Assembly: GCA_964247055.1 (NCBI GenBank)
Contig: OZ176055.1
Location: forward strand, 4,278,001 to 4,342,000
DNA length: 64,000 nucleotides
Source of the DNA: Paragordius varius
Taxonomy: Eukaryota; Animalia; Nematomorpha
Direction: 5' to 3'
The translations under genes and the position numbers were made by a program. The notes beneath the pieces were generated by a model. That model saw only the letters and a program-made list of their open reading frames with translations. It was not told where the DNA came from and searched no databases. How positions within the stretch are numbered: position 1 is the stretch's first letter; each line of letters begins with the position of its first letter. Of the stretch, positions 1 through 12,560 are shown piece by piece.

Positions 1-1072
1 AAAATAATTGAATGTATATAAATAATGTTATTAACATGAACTATATAAAACCTAAAATTGTTAAAATGAATTAACATTTTTTTGTCATTATTGTAATGAT
101 GAGTGGTCATGCAATTGGAAAAAAGAGCCAATCATCAATTCATGATTATAGTATTCTAAAAACAGTCAGTTTTTAAATTTGAATTTAATAAAAAAAAGGG
201 ACTTAAATTATACAACGAAAAACTTATAATATTTAAAATCCAGTTGTGACTCTGCTTAGTGACAGTAATGACAGAAAAACATGTAGATGAACTTATCAAA
301 TAACCCAAAAATTTGGATTTTAATACCGGCAATTATTTACGAAATTGTTTTGTACGGTCGTGTATTTTTAAAATGAGGTTTGACTGTATACAAATATATT
401 ACAGTAGTAAGTATACATTTAGAAAGTTATAATTATTGCCAAATAGCATACACAATAAAGGGAAGTATTATTGGCTTTTAGTTATTTTTTCACTCTTTAC
501 TATTATTACCCAATAATAATTCTTTTTGCTTTCTAACAATATATATTTACTCATACTGTATTTATTTTAATTGATTCTAGATATTTAAAAACAAAAATAT
601 ATATTTGACATATATTTTTAAATTTTAACGATAACCTTATAATTAGTAATAACAAGATTAACACATAAACGAAAAAATCCTTAACCTCAAAAAACAAAAA
701 TTTTTATAAATCAAATATTTATGTTAAATTAATAAAAGTAAACGAAATATATATATTACCCGGTTAAAATACAATCTTGTTGGGAAATCGAATATTGAAT
801 CAATTGAAAACATAAAACAGTTAACCAAATTAAACCCATTATACTTTACTAAAATGTATATAATATGTAAATTCGTAGATTGGATAAATAAGCGCAAATA
901 AGTTTTTTCTTTGAGGAAAAATAAAAAATGAGTAAAAACGTGCGTTTTCTGCGCAAACAATTAATATTTATTACGTTTGTTTGTTTACAAATAAATAAAT
1001 TTAAAACAATATGTAACATATCTAAATATGATATTTATGAGTCATAAAATCTACTAATTTATATTATGAGCA

Positions 1073-1233
1073 ATATACATTGCTAGTTCATTAATTATTG
1101 CCAAATAGCATATACAGCAAAGGGCGGTATTATTAGCAAATAGTTATTTTTTTTTACTATTATTAGCCAAAAAGAGTTCTCTTTGCTGCATATGCTATTT
1201 GACAATAATTAATAACAACCAGCAATGTATACT
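1073..1233. mobile_element. Small foldback/MITE-like element; decayed relative at ~410-560
   Basis: Inverted arms tatacattgctagtt...aattattgccaaatagcatat versus atatgctatttgacaataatt...aaccagcaatgtatac; the internal sequence recurs at ~420-530. Confidence 0.6.
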
Positions 1234-1480
1234 TACTCTTATATTTCTAAGAACTTTCTTCATAATATGAAATTAACAGCATGGTAGTCAAATGAATCTA
1301 GGCTTTGCAAAATATAATACATGTAAGTGTATCTATTTCACCAAACACCATAATTCGATCGAACTTATTTCAATTAAGGACAGTATTTTTTAATTACAAT
1401 TAATTAATCTATAGCTTCTGAGTTTATTTTAAATAAATCAACAACTAAATAGTTTATCACTCAAGGCAATGTACGTAGTA

Positions 1481-2665
1481 CCACTTGTGTGCGAAAAACA
1501 GGGTTAGTTTTTAAGAAAAAAATTTTCAGGAGATAGCTTATGACCAGCGAATTCCTTTATCGCAAAAATTTTAATTTGTTGACGACCATTGAAGTATTAA
1601 GAGAAAATCGAAATCGGCAAATAGTGAAAATTAAGGATAATTAATCATAATAAAAAATAAAAAAAACTTGAGGTATTATGGTTTATTATCATCTTAGGAG
1701 ATATTTTTAATTTATTAATAGTCTAAAATCATCTAGGTAAGGTTTGTATAAAATTTCGTTTCAGATGGCGTTACCATACTTAAAATACAAAATTTTATTA
1801 TGAAACTAGGTTAAAATTTTTTTTTATTATTTACTAGCTAAACTCACTATAATCTTAACATTCATATTTTCAGTATTCAAATAAGAGTATAAAATATTTT
1901 TTAGTTTTTCATTTTTTTATCATCTGGGCTTATGAGTGTATAAAATATTTAATGTTTTATTTTGGAATCTTACATGAGCGGGAAATATAAAGTGTATAGA
2001 TTAATACATAATAGGGTTTACAAGTAGTGGAATATCACCAACAATGATTACGAATCCCTGTAACAAGTTTGTTTTAACACAAATATTTTTACTGGGATTT
2101 GGACGGATTTTCGATTGATATTCCACTACTTGTTAATCCTATTTTTATTAAGTACTTTATAATTCCCCCTCATGTAAAATTCCAAAATAAAACAGAAATT
2201 TTTGTATACACTTATAAACCTAGATGACATAAAAATGCTAAAAAATAATATTTTTTACTTTCATTTTAATATATAAGTTTTTTTACTGAATATAGTATGA
2301 ATGTTAAGATTTTAATAATGAGTTTAGGTAGTAAATAATTAAAAAAAAATATTTAATCTAGTTCTATCAAAAAATTTTGTCTTTTAAATGTTAAAAGAAA
2401 AACGCCAACTTTTGAACTGACTATATCATTTTAGGCTATTTATAAATTATAAATATGTTCTAAAATGATAATGAACTATAATATCTCAACTTTTGTGATT
2501 GTTTGTTAAATTATCCCTAATTTTCACTATTTGCCCGATTCTTTCTCTCAATATTTCATAAACTAGGTCGTAAACAAATAAAAAATTTTACGGCAAATGA
2601 AATCGCTGGTATCAAGCTATCTTATGAAAAAAAATAATTTCATTAAATTTTTTTGCACACAGTGG
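1481..2665. mobile_element. Non-autonomous TIR element (Tc1/mariner-like MITE, family C), copy 1
   Basis: Termini CCACTTGTGTGCGAAAAA / TTTTTGCACACAGTGG flanked by TA; long internal inverted arms; second copy at 41649-45007. Confidence 0.75.
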
Positions 2666-3501
2666 TACTAGTGCAGCAAGTTAGATACGTTGTTATTAGA
2701 TGTATTTTATTTTTGTGGAAAAATTGGATATCATTATAAAATGTGTGTTTACAAATTATAAAAAAATGTGTATTACTAAAATTAATGTACTTAAGATATT
2801 AAAAAAAATAATGCATTTTTTTAAAAATTTAATGTAAGTTTTTAATCAGGGGTGTCCAAGTGGCATCACAGGCCGCATTCGAAAGATATATGGGCATCCA
2901 TAAATAATTTATTAGATAAACATAAGACTGTAAAATGCAAACACAATATAACAATTTTTTCTAGTTCGTTGCTTATAGAATTATTCAGATAATTTGTTAA
3001 GGAGTATCAATTTTACTAAGTCGTGAGCATCGCAAATTATGGATTTTTAACTTTTTTGCGGGCACCACATAGTGTCTCACTGGATTAAAGTAACCTAAAA
3101 GGTCAGGAAATGGTAAACGAATGTTTGATCGAATTGGTTCGATATATTTTATTTTATTATTAATGCATTAATGAGATTTAGTTATTATACAAGCTTTGTC
3201 CAAAGTTACCTATGGTAAATATTCCACAATTCGAATAATTTTTTATTATCGGGTAAATTTTGGAGTTTGGAGGACCCCAATTTTTAAACGAAATAAATAA
3301 TAATCTTTTAGAATCTGGAAAAATTGGGGGGCAGAAGCATATATGAGAAATGTATGCTAAAAAGAAAATGCAAAAACAAATGATTACGGTATTTTCGGCT
3401 CTACCTTTTTAATTACAAAGTATAACGCTCAATAATTGTTATATTAAAAAATCATTAGCGTAAAATAACATCTGATCATTATTTTTATGTAGTTATCATA
3501 A

Positions 3502-3610
3502 GGCATGAATAGGTAGGGCAACGTCTCACGTAGTGTTGTAGAGTTTGAACCCAATTATTACGCATTTTCCGTTTTCACTACCAGCCCTGGACAGTCATGA
3601 TATAATTAAA
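3502..3610 (+). mobile_element. tRNA-derived SINE, degenerate copy
   Basis: Head (aggtagggc...gagtttgaaccc B-box-like) and tail (acgcattttcc...ccctggacag) are similar to the copy at 15681. Confidence 0.55.
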
Positions 3611-4046
3611 GTCCTTATCTTTTAAAAAAAGGGGAAAAGATACTCTAAACTGTATATTTTTAGGCCTAAGTTATACGAAATTATATTGTTTATACAAAAA
3701 AACATTTTGAAGTTATGCTAATAAAATTGGTGGCTAGAATGACCTTTTTTATATAAGAATGATTTGATCAAATTACCAGTATCATTTGTTTAAATATCTA
3801 AATAATTATATTATATAAAAAAAATTAAATTTTTTTTTAAATGGTTTCAGGTTTTTGCAAATCGCCTTTTATGATTTTTAATTTGCGCAAATGAAGAAAT
3901 TAGTTTTATTCGGTCGGATTACTTTTTTTGCAAAAAACGTTTTTTTATATTCATGTCGACAATAACGCAATATATAATACTTTTTTCTAAATATTTTTGT
4001 GCGGTCCTGTGTTCCGCATAAAATGAGTTTTAGTAGCCTTGATTAA

Positions 4047-4615
4047 CACTTGAATTCAACACATTCATTTTTGTCCTTCGATTCAAATTGGGGTAGTTAA
4101 ATACCCCAGGCCTGTTCAAAATTAAATTCTTTAATATGGAAGGAATCGAAACCATGGCAAAATTTTGCACTTACATAACTTTAATATACAGATATATATA
4201 AAAAAACTTATTCAAAAATACTTAATATCACTTATTTTAAGCTAAAACCGAGAGGTAAAAATTTACAATGTAACATATGTGCAATGGTAAAATAGGAAAA
4301 ATAATACAGAATAAACAACTTTTTGCTATTTTTCTCAATGTTAGATGTAATTTAAATAAAAAGTTAGCTTTAATTTGACCCTTAAAATTAAAAGACGATA
4401 TTTTGCAAAAATTTTGTAAAATAAAAATGGCGTCGAAGTAATTTGACATGGAACTTTTTTTCAAAACAAAATTCTATTTAGATATTTTGGCATATTTATA
4501 TAATTTTTATTAGGATAGAAGCATGAATTTAAATTGGGACCGTTTCCTTCGGTAGTTTTTTACCTAACTCAAAATTAGCCTGGGGTATTTAGATACCCCA
4601 ATTTGAATCGAAGTG
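4047..4615 (+). mobile_element. piggyBac-like MITE (family A), copy 1
   Basis: TTAA on both sides (4043-46, 4616-19); termini CACTTGAATTC / GAATCGAAGTG; subterminal inverted repeat ttcgattcaaattggggta; several related copies in the window. Confidence 0.75.
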
Positions 4616-5994
4616 TTAAAAAAAGTTAATTTTAAGATCGAAAAAAAAGTATTGGGCACATATGGAAAAAGGAATAATACGAATATATTAGTTCTTTTTG
4701 ATTTGTTTTTTTTCTAAACCGAAAACGGTGTTTTAAACGATTCAATAATATTTTTTAAAAATTAATATTTTATACCCATTGTCTATTTATTTTTTAACAA
4801 GATATAAATTCCTATTTATATTTTCGGGCTATATATTTATTTTGTAAACGTAAATCGGAGCCTTTTGACAAAAGAGCAGCCGAAACGCAACCATTTACTT
4901 TCACGAAAAACAGTGGACCCCCAAAATGTTCCCAGAAAAATCATTGGAATCGAAGCCATTTGATGTGGCACCGTTATTTTTTATCAAAAACATACGTTTT
5001 AAAAACGATCGCTTATAAATATCTAAAATAATTTTCTAACCAAACAAAAAATATATTTGAATGTATATACATTCTATTAACTATTTACGATATCCAGCGT
5101 AGCACCGAACGAACTCAACTTTAAAAAAGGACGGAAAAATGAAAATTGGACTGTGCGAAAAATTTGATCTAATTTCTTATGATCGACTCGCGATTTTTTA
5201 CTATCATACAATTTTTATACGGGATTGGCTAAAAGAAAGAAAAGAGCTAAAAAATATATTTATTATATGTTTCAACTTTAAGCCAATTAATTTCTATTTA
5301 TAATTTCATTTAATTCTATTTAATTATCTTTATCATTATATTACGGATTTTAACAACTGTTATTACAAAACATAACCAATCCGTTCATTACCATTACCTA
5401 ATGCTGTTTATTGCAAATGCTCTGTGACAACTCTAGGAAAAACTGGCGGTGTATTTTTAACTCACACTGTATAACTGTCGTTATAAAGCAGTTGGCCAGT
5501 AATTTATCTATGCAGAGCTCCTATTTAGGGAAGATATTTTTTGCAACAATACTCATAGAGATCTGGAGTTTGAACCAAAACTGCTTTATGTGGATTCAAA
5601 AATGAAAAAGGAAGCCAATTATTTTATAGTGTATTTAATTTTTGAATAAAAGTAATAAAATACTATTAATATTTCATCAAGAACATTTTTGTAATTTTAA
5701 AGTTTGTCTGCGGCTAATTATCTAGCTATCTATAAACTGAAAATTAGAAACCCACGGCCAAATGACCAAAAAACAATGGAGCCGAACTAGAAATTTATCC
5801 CCATTTTTTTAAAAAGTGAAATTAAGCCAGACACAAGAATCAATTTAGTACCTTAACATGAATTTTGGTTTCCGAGTGTCAACAATTCATATAGTTTACT
5901 TATAATCTAAAATAACAAGCGTTGATGTCAACTATTTATAAAAAATATAACTATATACATAATTTAGATAAGATACGACAAAACATATGAGATA

Positions 5995-7473
5995 TCACGT
6001 TACATTAACATAATATGGTTTGCTGATGTTAAAATACGTCTTAAACACAAAATGTATGAATTTGTTTAGTGGTAGCAGATCAAATTGGGGCTCAGGATCT
6101 AGCGGTCCATACACATAATAGTAAAAAGGATTGAGTGCAATGTAAACCGGTTTAAGGTCTTTCATCATTACACCGGTCCACAGAGCATCTTCATTAGTTA
6201 TGGGTGGAAAATAGGTGCGACTCATTTCAAAGGCTTGAATCGCCATAGAAACTGGTATGATGTAAGCACCCCCGGAACAATACGTCGGATAAATTTTGGG
6301 TTTAAAAATTTGTTTGCTTACAGAATTTTTATCTGATGCCTCACGAATGACCATCATACGATTCATAACGCCACACAGTAGCGTATTGTTTGGATAGTAA
6401 TACAAATGTTTTTTGGTTTTTAGTACTTTAGTAGTTGTCACCATTTCTTTACTGCTGTAATTATTATAATTATCATATAAAGAAGTATTTGATATGGTCA
6501 TTTTTGCTTCTATTTGAGTTTTATTCATTGTATCGTCTGTTTTATCATAAGTATCATGGTAATAATAGTAATCATAATTTCTCAATAAAATGGACGGTTT
6601 AAACGATCGTTGATTGTGAAAAAACCATTGCATGTAATACAGCATGAGATATAGGAAAAAGGGATTTAATTGTGAATCCGAATCAGTTTTTAATACATAG
6701 GCCGGTGGTGTCTTCTTGCATATATGTGTTACATAATAAAATAGCTCACCGGTTTTAAGGTATAAATTGGCGTATGAATCAAAAAATTTGTTCGATACCA
6801 ATATATCCCCATAATCTTTGTTTTCAGCCTCTAATTTTCGTTGTACTATAGTTTCGTTTGACTTAGCAATCAGAAATATTACACTCATTTTAAACAATTC
6901 TAAATCCTTTTGACTGCTATTCCTAATAATCTGTCTTCGCATATATTCCAAAGCAGCGTAGTTTGAAGTTGGATCCGTATCATAATCCAAATAATCTTGC
7001 TCAAACACCTGGGAAAATTGTGATTTTGCATCTTTCATTCTATCTTGCCATAAAAGTCGAAACATAGAACGTGCATGAAACTCTTGAGGTCTTGAAGTAA
7101 CGGCAATTAAAAGACTTAAACTATTTTTTTGGTTAAAGGATTTTTTAGGGAAATGACAAAATTGGGATTTAGGCACATAGCGAAAGCGTTTGCTGTAATG
7201 TATTGCAGGCAAAGTGTTTATTAAAACAGTATAATTAGAATAGGATCTAGCCACTTTTTTTGTCCATCGATAATCTATCAATGAATGTACATTATGCTTG
7301 GCTTCACTTCTTGCAGGTTGGAGTAAGAATTGATATTTCCGTAGGTTATAAAATGGTTGATTTAATTTTACAAAATATTCCTGTCTTCCCCAACGCAACA
7401 CGATAAGTGTTAAAAGAACGAGGATTCCATATATAGCTATTCTAAAATACTTGTTATCAAAATGTTTGGTCAT
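5995..7473 (-). CDS. Beta-1,3-galactosyltransferase-like glycosyltransferase (CAZy GT31), type II membrane protein, 492 aa
   Basis: N-terminal TM (IAIYGILVLLTLIVL); GT31 motifs LLIAVTSRP..ARSMFRLLW, EAENKDYGDIL..FFDSYANLYLKT, YVLKTDSD (DxD), YPTYCSGGAYII, NEDALWTG. A possible alternative first exon lies at 7521-7536. Confidence 0.9.
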   Translation of the reverse strand: MTKHFDNKYFRIAIYGILVLLTLIVLRWGRQEYFVKLNQPFYNLRKYQFLLQPARSEAKHNVHSLIDYRWTKKVARSYSNYTVLINTLPAIHYSKRFRYVPKSQFCHFPKKSFNQKNSLSLLIAVTSRPQEFHARSMFRLLWQDRMKDAKSQFSQVFEQDYLDYDTDPTSNYAALEYMRRQIIRNSSQKDLELFKMSVIFLIAKSNETIVQRKLEAENKDYGDILVSNKFFDSYANLYLKTGELFYYVTHICKKTPPAYVLKTDSDSQLNPFFLYLMLYYMQWFFHNQRSFKPSILLRNYDYYYYHDTYDKTDDTMNKTQIEAKMTISNTSLYDNYNNYSSKEMVTTTKVLKTKKHLYYYPNNTLLCGVMNRMMVIREASDKNSVSKQIFKPKIYPTYCSGGAYIIPVSMAIQAFEMSRTYFPPITNEDALWTGVMMKDLKPVYIALNPFYYYVYGPLDPEPQFDLLPLNKFIHFVFKTYFNISKPYYVNVT

Positions 7474-7631
7474 TTAAATGATGATATTCCGATAATCATG
7501 GATGAAATACAAAAACTTACCTGATTTTGTTATCATAATACTTTATACACAAAGTTACATTTTTTGCTCAAAACACATATTGATAGATTAAAATTAAAAA
7601 CTTTACCGCAAAAAATTATCTTATATAACAA

Positions 7632-7666
<35 letters not shown>

Positions 7667-9831
7667 AGCAAAACAAGTTAAATTATTTTCAAATGATAGC
7701 CTTTCATTTTTAGATACACTTGATTATAAGATGTGACAATAAAGTAAGGTATATTACCTTGAAAAGTTTTTATAGCTCGACAATATCAAACAATTACTGA
7801 CTAGAGTATATATATAAATATAAAATATTAATCAGTTTTCGTAATACCATTCACATTTAAACAATCATTTTTCGGTTTAAATATTTTTTTTACATTTATA
7901 TAAAATTATATTTTAGCGCTTTATCCTATGAACTTTTGTACGTTCGAAAAACCATTTAAAATTCTATAAAAGAATGGTTACTAAAATTAATTAACATGTA
8001 CAAAGTAACGAGAGCTATTGGCTATTTTGGTTATTTTATTGGCTAAAGGGTTTATTTACATGTGTGTTGCCATCGTTTTTATTAGTCATAATTCTGAAAT
8101 GTAGGGAAAAAAATATGTTCAATTAAATATATAACCAAAAAAATGGAAAATTTCATACATAATACACATGGAAATTAAAACCAGTTAATCAAATAACCGA
8201 AATGGCCAGTTACTGTGGTCCAAAAATATATTTTATAGTAACACAGATTGGTTCTTAATATTAAAAATTAAACCCATAACTTTTTCCTCTATAAAATATT
8301 TTTTATTTTTTTGTCCTAAATTGGTGAGTAGAGATATATAATTTAACGTATATGAGCCGGAATGGTTATTTACAATTTGAGCTAAAAAGAAAAAACAATT
8401 TTCTCTATAAACTAATTAAAATCCCCTTGTATCCATTAGAGCTTACTGTAATTATAGATATAAAAATGCCTTTCATAACTAGCTTAAGCCAGATATATAT
8501 TAATTAAATCGGTAGATTATATAAGAATTTCGTTACACAAAACTTTTGATTTTAAATGTTTATACATGGGTCCCCCTTTACCGAATGATTGATGTGTTTG
8601 GAACCAGGTTAAAAGTATACCTAAAACCGGGTTGGTTTTCGACGGTTGTAAAATTCGTGGTTTTAAATAAATTACGAAACACAAATAGTTTTCAAAACCG
8701 TGATTACAATAATTTTAAATGTTTCCAAAACTGTTTTGTCCTTAAAAACTGGTTTCTATCCGGCTTATTTGATAATTGCATATTATAATTTAAAAAATAA
8801 TACAAGAGTGAGATTAGATTTATTATAAAAATTATTTCATTATATCTAGGTATTAATAAATGTTTTCTATACTATGTTAATTAAAATATTGAGATTATTA
8901 TAAAAAAATAAAAATTGATGACAATTTATAAAACAATTATTAGCAAAATATAATGTATATCAAAGAATATTAATCAGATTTTCAATCATCATTTTTTGAT
9001 TTATTGAGTAATGCGCAAGGCTGTATTTTCAAGCTACCGGGTGAAGTCATAAGTTATTACCTGTTTAATAAAGATTACGGAAACGAAAAGCACGCTGACT
9101 ATTGATTTGATTCAGACCTCATTTTTTAATATTAAACGACAAAAAACACAATAGTCGGGTCCACCTGTTAGAGAGGCAAATGTGCAGCCGATATACAATA
9201 TTTTGAATATAAATAATTGATTTGTTTCGAAATTGTATGTATTTTACCCCAGTAAAAAGTTATGAAATCACTGGTAATGGCATGTTTCGCCCCATATGTT
9301 TTTTAACCATATTAAAAACATATCATAAAATATTTTCTTATCCAATAAACAATATTGAATCTACTAAATTTATTGAACAATAAAGTTGAAATAGAAGTAA
9401 ATAAACCAAATTCCAAAAACTAAATTTGTTGTAAATTTTGCTATAAACAGAATGAATGACCTATTGAATAATAGTTGTGGCCCAATGTAATTTTGCATAG
9501 TGTATATTAATAAGTATAATTATATAATAAATTAATTTTTGCAATATTGTTTTGATAAATATATAATTAGAACATTTTATAAATTATTTGTAATTTGATT
9601 AAGAAAAGTGGAATATTTTCGTTTGATTATGTTTATGGACCGGCAAAATAAATATTTTTAAATGTGTGCACTTGATAAATTATAAAGAAATATGGAAATG
9701 GAGTATAATTATAAATCTGTAATAAGGTAATTTGTTGCAAAAATATATGGTAAATAAATTTGCATTCATATCTCAAATGTAAATAACATAAAAAAGTAAA
9801 TTAAAGCAAAAAAAGGTTTATGATAACATGT

Positions 9832-12450
9832 CTATTGAGGTGGAAACGCCGATGGGTTGAAATCAACATAAGGATCTTTCATGTTTCGGAATTTGAGCGA
9901 AAGAAAGATCCCAATGAGCTAAAAATGAATGATAATATAAATTTTTAGTTTATTTTACAAATAAAAAAATTTGCATAAAACCAGTAAACAATTCCCATTA
10001 ATTGTGATTTTATGGAGTAAAAAGTAAAATATACAGACCAAACGTGAACCAAAAAATAAATATTTTCTTAGATTTTGTTTAAAAGTTGACTCATCGTTTT
10101 GGGTCCGAGTAGGAATTGGACGTACCAATTGTTAATATTCTTAATTACAAAATTCAAAATTGTAATATATAATTTGTATAGAAAATATGAGGTTTACAAA
10201 AGCATTAAAAAATATTAGTCTTTTAATTTTTGGGTTTGTATCCAAAATTAATTAAGATTTTTTGTGTACTATTTCAATGAGTCATATATTTATCTGTTTA
10301 ATTTGTTTAAACATCTGCAAATATTCTTTGAAGAAAAATATAATTTTAAGAAATGTATTTGATATAGTTAATTTTTATTATTTTATAATCTTTATAATTA
10401 AAATATTTCCTAAGATAGATATGAAATGTTATTTAAAATAATTTTTCAAAAATATTATTGCTATACAAGCGAAAAGATTTTTGAGAAATCTTACTTATAT
10501 GCCAATATTACTGAAAAAAAAATTTCTTTTTGAAGACGAATATAGGATTCGTATGAAATATTAAAAACACAATCAACCTTATTATTTAACAATGGACCTC
10601 TAGTTTAAATAAAATTTTGTTTCCTATACAAAAAATAATTATAAGAAGCTAAAAGCATGTCGGAACTCAAATTTTGCAAAAGTATAACATAAAGAATTTA
10701 TATTGTTTAGTTAATATATTTCTGTAAACTTTTTTTCATTTATGGTTATGAAATAGCTGTACAAAATAAAAATTTATATTAACAATAGAGTCAAAATATT
10801 AGCCCATGCAAAGTTTGACTGTATCTTTACATTTCTAAACAGAAAGGTAAAATTACACAATAATTATATTAGATAACTTGTTTAAAGGGTCATCCATTTG
10901 ATATTTTTTTAATTTACAGCATATGTAAATTAATTAGGTTATACTGATTATCATGTACTTACTTTTATTAAACCAAAAATAAAACACAATGTTGAACAAA
11001 CTAATTTTTTTAGATAAAAAAGCGTTACATATTTAAGTTTCCCTTAATATTTCTTACAATCGGAGTAATAAGAATCTATTTTGATCAAAGAAAGAGCAAA
11101 AAGAATTAAATATAATGGTAAATAAACTAATTTAATTGTCTTACTAAAGTAAAACTGAAAAACATGCCATAACCGCCGGAGCGCTTAAGGGCTCTCTGCA
11201 TGCGCGCATGTAATTTCGTCCAACAATCGGAACAAGGACAGTCGATAGCGGTTGTATTTGAGGGCATACTTTTATCCGTACAACAGGCGGCATTGATTGC
11301 CTCGCCTTTGGCTTTAACGCAACAACTAAGCTAAAACGATATTTTAATGAGGGCAGATTAAAAAATATTATAAAAAATAAAATTATAAGGACAACATGTA
11401 AAAACCAAGTGGAAACCATATTTTAAACAATTTTGATTTTTGAATGTTACTAATTGTTTTGAGTTGCAAAATATCAAATAAAGATGGAAATAGCTATAAA
11501 TTCAATTATTGAATATATAATTATAGAGAATATGTAGGAAAGCAAGATTAATGGTTGTCCTTTCAAAAAAATTGTCTTTTAGTTAAGACATTTTTGTAAG
11601 TTTCTATTTTACTATTCATTACAAAGATTCTAAAATAAATAATACGATATATTGTTTAGGATAAAATTTAGACAAGATGAAATAATCAAAAATATTTGTA
11701 AAAAATAATATAATTTTTTTCAGAGTAGGTTGCTAAAATTAGTTATGCGACTAAAATTATATTTACGCTAAGTACAAGAAAAATATATCATCCTGACCTT
11801 GTCAACCATAATTATAATAGTAATATCAAAACAAAATTTCACACCAAAAAAGAGAGAATTAAATATCATCATAGAAAGTAAAAATGATACTTTGCTACAC
11901 GTGGGATGTCCTAAGGGATTAATGCTCGATGGTTCAAAAGGCATGGTATTATTTTGGAATCCGCAACAATTGAAATAATCCTGAACATTTATTTTGAGTT
12001 TATCAGAAGCTAATAACCAGCCACGTTTAGCCAAATTTTCTTGTCGATACACTGAAAAGGAAAGGCAAGCGGCCGCAATAGAGAATTGCACGACAAACAA
12101 AGAAAAAAGGATAATCATGTACTAAATTTACAATAATTTAATTAACTCAATAAAATAAAACATCAAAAAAGTCATATATAACAAAATAAAGCACTTACAA
12201 AAAAGAGCAACACTTGATGATGTTTGTAAGTACTCCATAAACCGACTATGGCAAGGAAGAGTAAGAAAACTCCGCAAAAAACAATCCCACCCAAAATAGC
12301 AAGGTTAGTAATTTTGTTTGAGAACCGGCCATAAGTAGCGGTTCCAATTAAAATAAAGGCAACCAACTAAAAAATAATTATTCTCAAATTTACTATGTAA
12401 AAAACATTCAAGATAGCCAATGATGTTTTCGTGACACGGAAGGAACTCAT
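9832..12450 (-). CDS. TSPAN13: Tetraspanin-13/31-like, 5 exons (12394-12450, 12199-12366, 11891-12121, 11145-11330, 9832-9918), 242 aa
   Basis: Spliced translation MSSFRVTKTSLAILNVFYI|LVAFILIG...HHQVLLFF|YMIIL...FNCCGF...|...GGYGMFFSFTL|LIGIFLSLKFRNMKDPYVDFNPSAFPPQ* matches TSPAN13/31 hallmarks (HHQVLLFFYM, CCG, GGxGxFFSFT, KDP..NPSAF). All introns are GT-AG, phase 0. Confidence 0.92.
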
Positions 12451-12560
12451 TTATAATTTGGATAAACGTTTCAAAATAGCGAGGACAACAAACAAATTTA
12501 ACACGTTGGTGTGTAGCGGCTGACTTTTTAAGAGGTTAGCACTTTTTGGCGTAAAATTTT
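12451..12560. promoter_or_regulatory. Putative compact bidirectional promoter (TSPAN13-like / SLC25A39-like)
   Basis: Divergent ATGs at 12450 (-) and 12561 (+), 110 bp apart; both 5' UTRs and promoter must fit here unless upstream non-coding exons or trans-splicing are used. Confidence 0.6.

Noticed and set aside
5995-7473. Retrogene origin for the nearly intronless GT31 gene
   Set aside because: Single coding exons are normal for animal beta-1,3-galactosyltransferase genes; no poly(A) tract or TSD seen.
11144-11419. 91-aa ORF MVSTWFLH... from the ORF track
   Set aside because: Wrong frame; the overlapping frame encodes tetraspanin exon 4.
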